A DNA stretch of 64,000 nt. Origin: Octopus vulgaris. Taxonomy: Eukaryota. Numbering within the stretch: position 1 is the first letter of the stretch; each line of letters begins with the position of its first letter. This document shows positions 55,027 to 64,000 of this stretch, piece by piece. A program made the translations under genes and the position numbers. Location of the stretch: assembly GCA_951406725.2 (NCBI GenBank), contig OX597828.1, positions 41,168,001-41,232,000 of the forward strand. The letters run 5' to 3'. Under the pieces are notes generated by a model. The model was not told the origin of the DNA, ran no database searches, and saw only the letters and a list, made by a program, of their open reading frames with translations.

Positions 55027-55862
55027 TTAAATAGGGAAATTCCTTAAAATTTTGCATTTCTCTGACTCAAGCACTCTTTCAACTTGATGATCACTCCAAG
55101 TACTTTCAGCTTCAAATCCCCATTTCTGACAAAGCTTCCAGTACAAAACTTTTGCAACTTGGTCATACCTTCATTTCTCCTTGAGCTAACTTGGGGCATC
55201 CTGCAATAATGTGTGCCATTGTTTCATCCCAAGTTTCACACATTTTACATTTTTACTGAAACATTCTTCCCATACACATATTTTCTCAAGTTTGTTTTTA
55301 TCACTTGATCTTGAGCTACTATAATGAAGCTCTGTGTTTTTTTTTTCATTGCCCTTTTTTCAACCAAGTCCAGGTTTTTGTTCCACATACACCCTCAATT
55401 GCTTTCCAAAACTGATCATGCAAAGATTTCTCTTCAATATTTTTAATGTGTTCTCTTTGAATTTCATTCTTGTCTTTTTCTTCTATTCCACACTTGATCA
55501 CCTGTTCTTTATTCACTGCTTTTAGTAGTTTCTCTGTGCTTTTTTTTTGTAAATTTTCTATTAGGCTTTTTCTTTCCATCTGTACTCACTCTTCCACAAC
55601 AATAAAGCCTCTTCTGATTTGATCTATCTTCAAGTACAACCAATTAATATCACCTTTCGGATGGTGGGCTTCATACATTGTCAACAGCTTTCTACTTTTT
55701 CTGTCAAGTTTCTGTATGTCGCTTTGGGGCCAGTCTACAGTTCCAATCCCACATCCAATTACTGGTACTACTCTTGCATTATAACATTTTTTTTCACTCT
55801 CCCATTATACACCCTCCTGGCAATTTGCTTCATCTCTTTATGTTTCACCTGTCTCCAGTATT

Positions 55863-56280
55863 ACCTATTTCTTTATTACCTACAAGGAGCTAAACACAGA
55901 GGGGACAAACAAGGACAGACGAACGGATTAAGTCGATTACATTGACCCCAGTGCGTAACTGGTACTTAATTTATCAACCCCGGAAGGATGAAAGGCAAAG
56001 TCGACCTCGGTGGAATTTGAACTCGGAACATAAAGACGGACGAAATACCTATTTCTTTACTACCCACAAGGGGTCAAACACAGAGGGGACAAACAAGGAC
56101 AGGTGAACGGATTAAGTCGATTACATCGACCCCAGTGCGTAACTGGTACTTAATTTATCGACCCCGGAAGGATGAAAGGCAAAGTCGACCTTGGTGGAAT
56201 TTGAACTCAGAACGTAACGGGAGACCAAATACGGCTACGCATTTCGCCTGACTGTGCTAACGGTTCTGCCAGCTCACCGC
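55863..56280 (-). mobile_element. Dimeric SINE B
   Basis: 3' ~185 bp duplicated (ACCTATTTCTTTA at ~55863 and ~56047). Confidence 0.85.
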
Positions 56281-58970
56281 TTTAATACTGTCTCCAGTAT
56301 TACCAAATACCTATACCATTGTCCTTTCTCAACTGCTTTCATTGTTTTCCCATTTGGCATTTCAGTTCTCTGGCCTCCTTCAAATCTTCCTTGCTTCATT
56401 ATCAATTTAGCATACTTCTCAATCCCAAGTTCCATACATCATTTGAGAAAATGCATACAGTATGTACAAGACTCTCAAGCTGCTTCTTATTTTTTGCATA
56501 AAGCTTTATATCAACCCCCGCCTCCCAAAAAGGAGACGATTTATCTAACCATATCTTTTTTCCAAATCATAAGCTATTTTAACTTCTCATAATATACAAA
56601 TACTAATGGAAATAAGCTATCACCTTGAAATATACCATGTCTGATGTTTACGTTCTCTAAGTCTTTACTCTTTACTCTTTTACTTGTTTCAGTCATTTAA
56701 CTGTGGCCATGCTGGAGCACCGCCTTTAATCGAGCAACTCGACCCCGGGACTTATTCTTTTGTAAGCCCAGTACTTATTCTATCGGTCTCTTTTGCCGAA
56801 CCGCTAAGTAACGGGGACATAAACACACCAGCATCGGTTGTCAAGCAATGCTAGGGGGACAAACACAGATATACAAACACACACACGCATATATATATAC
56901 ATATATACGATGGGCTTCTTTCAGTTTCTGTCTACCAAATCCACTCACAAGGCTTTGGTCGGCCCGAGGCTATAGCAGAAGACACTTGCCCAAAATGCCA
57001 CGCAGTGGGACTGAACCCGGAACCATGTGGTTGGTAAACAAGCTACTTACCACACAGCCACTCCTGCGCCTTTGTTTTCCACCAATCAATTCAGTAATCC
57101 AGGTTTTTATACTTTCATTTATCAGTTTCTCCATATTTTCCACCACACCAAAAATGCTCATTGTTTTACTTATCTAAGTGTGGTACCATGTCATAAGCTC
57201 TTTTGCAATCTACCTATGCTACATTCAGTCCTACCAATTTATATCTACAATTTCTAATTACCATTCTTATTAGTAGCTGTCCTACTTTGTATCCTTTCTA
57301 CTTTACTGGAAATGGATTGTTATTTCTATATGATTATAGAACTATGACACTAGTCATAATCTTCTTTTTAGTGGTTAGGGGTGTTGAATTAAAGATTGTA
57401 AGATTGTGGTTTGTGGATTGTAAGATGCATTGTCTTCTTGCACAAAACATTTCATTCCATGTTGCTCCAGTCCACCTGGCAAAAATGAGCAATCCAGCAA
57501 TCTATGTCATCTCATCGAAGTAAGGAATTGGCCCTCGTGAGTCGGCATGACTTAAGAATGCAATTTTACCTTTAATTTTTACTGGCAGAATTGTTAGCAA
57601 GCCAGGAAAAATGCTTGGTGATATTTCTTTCAGCTTTATGTTCTGAGTTCAAATTATACCAAGCATGAGTTTGCCTTTCATTCTTTCAGGGGTGATAAAA
57701 TACGTACCTGTCAAATACTAAGATCAATGAAATCAATTAGTCTCACTCCCCTCAAATTTCAGGCCTTGTGCCTCTATTGTTTAAAAAAAGGATTTAAATC
57801 ATCTATAAATGTTTGTCTATGCTATAAAACAATTTTAATAGCTATCGACCTACTTTTGTTCACTTTGAAGTCTGAGAAAACTTGAAACGATTTTGGGGGC
57901 AATACATAGAAAAGATTTTTGACCCCTGATCTATATGATTGCTGGAATGAATAGAGAATTCTTGTTCAAAAAGTGCACTCTACTGTTTTTGAAAAGAAAC
58001 TTTGCCACCCACAACCCTGCTAACTTTGTGTATGCATGCCTGTATGTATGTAATGTATATATATATATATATGTATTCTTTTATTCTTTTATTTGTTTCA
58101 GTCATCTGACTGTGGCCATGCTAGAGCACCGCATTGAAGGATTTTAGTCGAACAAAACAACCCCAGGACTTATTCTTTAAGCCTAGTCCTTACCCTATCG
58201 GTCTCTTTCGCCGAACCGCTAAGTTACAGAAGATGTAAACATACCAACACCAGTTATCAAACAGTGATGGGGGACAAATACAGACACACACAAATGGACA
58301 TATGCTTTGATCTATTTATCTATCTATCTATCTGTTTATATGTATTTATGCATAAGAAAAAAGTTTGAATTATTTGAATTAATCAAGTATGGAAACGATT
58401 GTAGTTTGTAAAGAATTGAGATTATCTGGAATTGGAGTTCCCCATTTTCTTTTCTTATATCATCATCATCATCATCATCATTTAGCGTCCGCTTTCCATG
58501 CTAGCATGGGTTGGACGGGTCAACTGGGGTCTGTGAAGCTGGAAGGCTTCGTCAGGCCCAGTCAGATCTGGCAGTGTTTCTACAGCTGGATGCACTTCCT
58601 AACGGCAACCACTCCGCGAGTGTAGTGGGTGTTTTTTACGTGCCACCTGCACAGGTGCCAGACAGAGCTGGCAAACGGCCACGAACGGATGGTGCTTTTA
58701 CGTGTCACCGGCACGGGGGCCAGCCGAGGCTGGCAATGAACACGAACAGATGGTGCTTTTACGTGTCACCGGCACGGTGTAAATGTTAATATACCTGTTT
58801 ATGTAAATGTTAATATACCTGTTTGCATCAATGGGAAGCTAACGTCTTTTTAGTACTTCACCAATACACTGGATAAAACCAGGGAACTTGCATGCTAACT
58901 TTCCTTTATGAGGTATATATCATATCATTGCACCTCTGTCTTCCCTTCTCTGGATCTTTCCTTTTCCTAT

Positions 58971-59005
58971 GTTTCTGACGAAGAGCTCCGCTCGAAACGT
59001 TAAAC
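58971..59005 (+). ncRNA. Candidate minimal hammerhead ribozyme in a Penelope-type terminal repeat fragment (~58925-59107)
   Basis: GTTT-CTGACGA-A-GAGC(TCC)GCTC-GAAA-CGTT-AAAC: both conserved core boxes, stem II, stem I, palindromic AACGTT. Confidence 0.6.
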
Positions 59006-59722
59006 CCTCCTTCTTCCCTTCCTTCCTGAGCATCCAATAATACTATATTTGTTCCACGTCCTCACGTTGTTGTGTTTTCTCTTTGTGTTTTCATGTTTGG
59101 ATCAACTATATATATATATATATATAATATATCAGCAACCTATGTTTAGGGTTTGGAACATGAGCAAAAAAAAAAAATATTTAGAGATTTTGATTTATAT
59201 ACAAAAATTTTAAGATGAGTGGTTTTGTATTGCAAAACCAGAAGCAGTTTGAGGTTGGGTCATACCAAAAGAGTTATCAGGAAATCAGAATGCCTGCTCA
59301 TGGAGTTTCAAGTTATCTTATGCTTTCAGTCAGAACACATTATTCTATATTGTTGCCATTCACCTATCTGCTGGTTCCATATCACTTTGCAATGTCAGCT
59401 ATAATACTGCAGGTTGATGAGGGATCTTCTGTAAGGTTGCCTGATCAGCTTGAAATAGCAGCCAAATCTTCCTCAAATTACATTTTACTGATTTAGAAAA
59501 GGAAATGTTGGATAACGTAAGAAACTGACAAGATGATCGAAGCTGGAATTCCTTGTATCATGGGTCTACTCTATGAAAAGGCCTAAGCAATATTTCAACG
59601 TACAATAGTTGGGCATTCTATCAAGGAGAGATTTTATCTCTCAATTGCTTAACAGTGAGGACATGAACAAAATGTGGGGGGAAAGGTTTAGGACACATAT
59701 GTACATGAACATGCATGCGTGT

Positions 59723-59756
<34 letters not shown>

Positions 59757-59836
59757 CATGTTTGTCTGTTGGAATGATGAGGACCATCAAGTCATCCATA
59801 AAGATGACTGATGACTTGTGTGATGACTTTGTTTAA

Positions 59837-60057
59837 GCCTTTAGTATTTAAACTGGGCATATCAGCCCCAAATGTTGTAAGTATTTTTTGTACTAACTGG
59901 CCTGGTCAGGCCTCTCATGCTCACCCTACAATGTCACTCTAAAAATAAACAGTCACATTATCGAAATCTGCAATCTACAAGATAATGCATGATTAATTCA
60001 AATATTGTGAATAGAGAGTATTACATTTGACTGAATAATCTGAATAATGCTAAAAGA
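59837..60057. mobile_element. piggyBac-like MITE (degenerate)
   Basis: TTAA|GCCTTTAGTATT ... AATGCTAAAAGA|TTAA. Confidence 0.6.
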
Positions 60058-62821
60058 TTAAAGTGAAGAAGATTTGCACACTGTCAACCCCCATTCTTTC
60101 ATCTGTGACCATCTTTAATCCAGTTGCAAGGCCAGGTCACAATGACTTGGGATGGAGACAGATGCTGTGGACGACCAAGACGTCTTACTTGCCTCATATT
60201 GCTCTCTGCACTCTACAGTGCATTGCTGCAGCTGCTTTTCTCACCATTGTACCATGAAATTTTCTTCTGCAGAGTCTGCTGGATCCAGCGTTTGCATACA
60301 TAAATAAGCAAACCCTGATATTGCTAATTAACTCATAGCCGGGACACTGAGAGGTGCTGCTATTCCTGGTCAGAGTAGGCTAGAAAACACCGGTAGCTAA
60401 GAGATGGTTCCACACTCCTCAAAACCTGGGAACTCCTGAACTAGGGCCTCATTAGTGAATGCAGTTTAGAGTCATACTCAGGTTTAAATACACAACCACA
60501 TATGTACACATAGATTGAATTAAATCATCTCAACACCTTCACTACAAAAAAAAACAAAACAGTTTGGCTTGTACCTAGTTGTAAAAACAATGTGAAATAT
60601 TAAATTTTGTTAAATTCAGTTCCGTTCCAATCTCGCCAGTATTGAGTTTGCCTTTCATTCCCTTTATAGTTGATGAAGTTACATAAGTACCAGTAATAAA
60701 CTAGGGTCAACTCAGTTCATTATACCTTTACACATTCTCTCCACTTTAAAAGACTGCTCTCAATATTTAGTCATGTGACATCATCAGGTTTGAGAGTGGA
60801 AATAATTGGTGATCATTTCTATAAGTAGAGCCTAATTTGGTAGTCACCAAGACAGTAGAATATTCAGGGTGGCTACCTGGAAGTGTTTTGGATACCATTG
60901 ATTTAGAATAAATAATGACATCATGGCTTATGGAATGAAAATCTTCTACCCTGGATGAACTGTTCACCTTTCTAAATATGGAGCCGTTGATTATTCTGAC
61001 ATATAATAATCTGTGTTTCTAATTGGCATCATAAAACTAGTCATTGCAATTACTGGTCATTAATTAATTAAGATTTCTACAATTTTCAGTGTTTACTCAC
61101 AATGCCTTTCCCTCTCTCTTTCTTCCTCTCTCTCTCTCACTTGCTTTCTCCCAATTAATCACTCTCCTGCTGCATTGTGCTTGTTTTTTTTCTCTCTTTC
61201 ACTTACTCTTTTTCACCCTCTCTGTCTGTCTGTATCTCTCTCTCTCTCTCTCTCTCTCATGACTCACAATAAGCAGTGAGGACAGTAAACTTTTGTCAGA
61301 ATCAAAGTTTTCACTAACGTTTGGTCAATATGTTTTCATGGAACACAAGAGAAACTGTAGGGTTAAGGTACAAATGTCTTCAACTACCCACTGACCACAT
61401 GGTCAGGAGTTCTAATCTGGGTCTGACACATCGCTTTATTTATATATTCTTTTGCCTCAGTCTGTTAAGCTGGTAGCAGGTTCCACTTTAACTTTAAAGT
61501 TAAGTAGTCCGTGGTTGATAACAACATTGCGCTTTAAAAACATATGTTCCAAAACTATGTAAATGTTTGAATATGTATAAGTTACTCAACAAACCATGAG
61601 GCTATAGAAAGCTGAGGCTATTATGAGAACCAACAACATCCTAAAACACTGTCTCTTCCATTCAATCCAGACAAATATAAAAATGCACACAGAAATAACT
61701 TCAGCATCAACAGCCAAGGACCAGGCTGTAATACGTACTCACCACTGTCATGCTCTGGTTTAGTCTACTATGCATTCCACTGGGGTCACCTCCAGAATCT
61801 GTGGACTGTGGAGATAGTACATGTCTGGACAGTAAAACTGCACACCTCATACCATTCACCGATGCATGCCAAAGTGTGCAATGTGGCTCTGAGCTTGGTA
61901 GAGGTGTGGTATAACTGGGACAACAGTTTGGTGTTTCTCATGTGAGCTGTCTGATATATGAAGGATGAGTAGAAGCATTGGGTAGAAATAATATAGATAC
62001 AATTGCTACTTCTTGCATATATGTAGGTGGGGTTGTGTGGTGGGAGGCTTGTTTCCCAAGCATATGGTTCTGGGTTCAGTCCCACTGCATGGCACGTTGG
62101 GCAAGTGTCTTCTACTATGACCTAGGGCTGATCAAAGCCTTGTCAGTGAATTTGGTAGATGGAAACTGTTTGAAGCCTGTTGTGTGTGTATATATATATG
62201 TGTGTGTCTGTGCCCCAGTATGGCCACAGTCTAATGACTGAAACAAGTAAAAGATAAAAACTTTGCCTGTTGACATATATACATACACATAAATTTATAG
62301 ATATTCATGCATAAGCATAAATGTGCAGGAGAGTAGAAATACTGACATGTATAGAGACAACTCACAGATGTACTTATAGCAAGATGTATTTGAAAAAAAA
62401 AATATATATATATGTGCTATTGCAAACAAGTACACTCACTTATGTACACATACTTACATACAATATATGTGCTCATGTATAAAGCTATGCATAGATTTAT
62501 GCAAATACATATGTTTGCATATTTTCATTTTTCGTAGGGCAACCTGCTGTGCTTGAGGAGACATATTCAGTCAAGTACATCAACATCAAAGCAAAAATCA
62601 AATGGAAATTGTAGTTGTGATATCCGTGTCAGTGGCACGTAAAAATCACCGTCCCAATGTGGCTGATGCCAGTGCCACCTTACTGGCTTCCATGCTGGTG
62701 GCACGAGGCCACGTTTGGATGGTTCTCTTACGTACCACAGGCACTGGTATCACAGCTGCAATTTCCATTAATTTTGATCGATTTTGATTTTGATTTTGAT
62801 TTTCACTTGCCTTTGGATTAT

Positions 62822-63189
62822 ATTTTAGAGACAGAACCACCTTCAACTCAATCAACACTGAAAGATTTTTATACCCGACCACTCCATAAAATGTTAAAAA
62901 TTAAACCTTAAACTAACTATATCTATTCTGAATCCTGTATTTTCCGTTTATAAGACTACATGTGTTTCATGAAAGTATGTTGGTTGACCGAGTAAGTATT
63001 GAAACTAGATACCTTGTATCTAATCAATACCGACGTACTTTCATGAAACACGTGTAGTCTTATAAACGGAAAATACAGGATTCAGAATAGATATAGTTAG
63101 TTTAAGGTTTAATATTTAACATTTTATGGAGTGGTGGGTATAAAACCTTTCAATGTTGATTGAGTTGAAGGTGGTTGTGTCTCTAAAAT
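62822..63189. mobile_element. Foldback element, ~155-bp inverted arms
   Basis: ATTTTAGAGACAGAACCACCTTCAACTCAATCAAC... / ...GTTGATTGAGTTGAAGGTGGTTGTGTCTCTAAAAT. Confidence 0.9.
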
Positions 63190-63283
63190 TACCCTTATAT
63201 ATCCAAATTAAACATTGAGAGATGTCATTTTACTACATCTAATTTGAATGTCTTTTTCCTGTGTACTTGGAAGTAATATTCCC

Positions 63284-63335
63284 TAATAATAATAATAATG
63301 ATAATAATAATAATAATAATAATGATAATAATAAT

Positions 63336-63385
<50 letters not shown>
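63284..63385. repeat. (AAT)n followed by (TA)n
   Basis: Direct reading. Confidence 0.95.
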
Positions 63386-63390
<5 letters not shown>

Positions 63391-63509
63391 GTTTCTTTCA
63401 GATTCCATCTACCAAGTCTAGTCATAGGGCTTTGGTTGGCCTGAGGCTTTAGTAGAAGGCACTTACACTAAGTGCAACGCAGTGTGACTGAACCCAGAAC
63501 TATGTGGTT

Positions 63510-63552
<43 letters not shown>

Positions 63553-63605
63553 CTGAAGACATATGTATATCTATATACAAATCTGTTTATATGTTTATAA
63601 ATATA

Positions 63606-63641
<36 letters not shown>

Positions 63642-64000
63642 CCATCCGAGCTTGATCATTACCAGAGCAGCTATCTGGCCTCAGTGCTGGTGGCACGTAA
63701 AAGGCACCATTCGAGTGTGATCATTACCAGCATCACCTTACTGGCACCTGTGCCGGTGGCATGTGTAAAAGATTTGAGCAAGGTCGTTGCCAGTACCGCC
63801 TGACTGGTCCCATGCTGGTGGCACGTAAAAAAGCACCCACTACACACTCAGAGTGGTTGGCATTAGGAAGGGTATCCAGCTGTAGAAACTCTGCCAGATC
63901 AAGATTGAAGCCTGGTGCAGCCATCTGGTTCGCCAGCCCTCGGTCAAATCGTCCAACCCATGCTAGCATGGAAAGCGGATGTTAAACGATGATGATGATG

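Larger units (their letters stand above)
54490..57350 (-). mobile_element. Fragmented R4/Dong-like LINE interrupted by SINEs and a MITE
   Basis: DCKRAYDMVPH (RT), KTWTWLKKG, AQDQVIKT, ETMAHIIAGCPKLA (zinc knuckle), LKIEIARIWSIKVVPIINGALGT (RLE), collinear. Confidence 0.8.

Noticed and set aside
60767-60967. Possible minus-strand exon
   Set aside because: Short, weak acceptor, no recognisable motif; cannot be supported without transcript data.

Overview
Eukaryotic, AT-rich, repeat-dense genomic DNA. The SINE/LINE content and the (TA)n/(CA)n/(GATA)n microsatellites look like an octopod cephalopod; this is inferred from the repeats, not proven. Host genes: (i) the last four exons of a + strand classical short-chain dehydrogenase/reductase (FabG-like; 1-4244); (ii) an orphan minus-strand terminal coding exon (5939-6157); (iii) a minus-strand exon with a divergent Q50 homeodomain (ATG 45521) whose frame runs on into a (TCTA)n array. 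Splice phase and CpG pattern suggest (ii) and (iii) may be one gene with a ~39 kb intron. The rest is mostly transposable elements: a 5'-truncated but uninterrupted RTE LINE with a PHD-like finger inside its RT plus ~15 short copies of its 3' end, CR1-, Tx1- and R4-like LINE relics, a Penelope-like element and hammerhead-like motifs, a solo LTR, a full-length mariner, maT/mariner relics, hAT, piggyBac-like, Tigger-like and foldback MITEs, a Helitron and four tRNA-derived SINE families. Most short ORFs in the supplied track are repeat or microsatellite artefacts. Boundaries of degenerate repeats are approximate.
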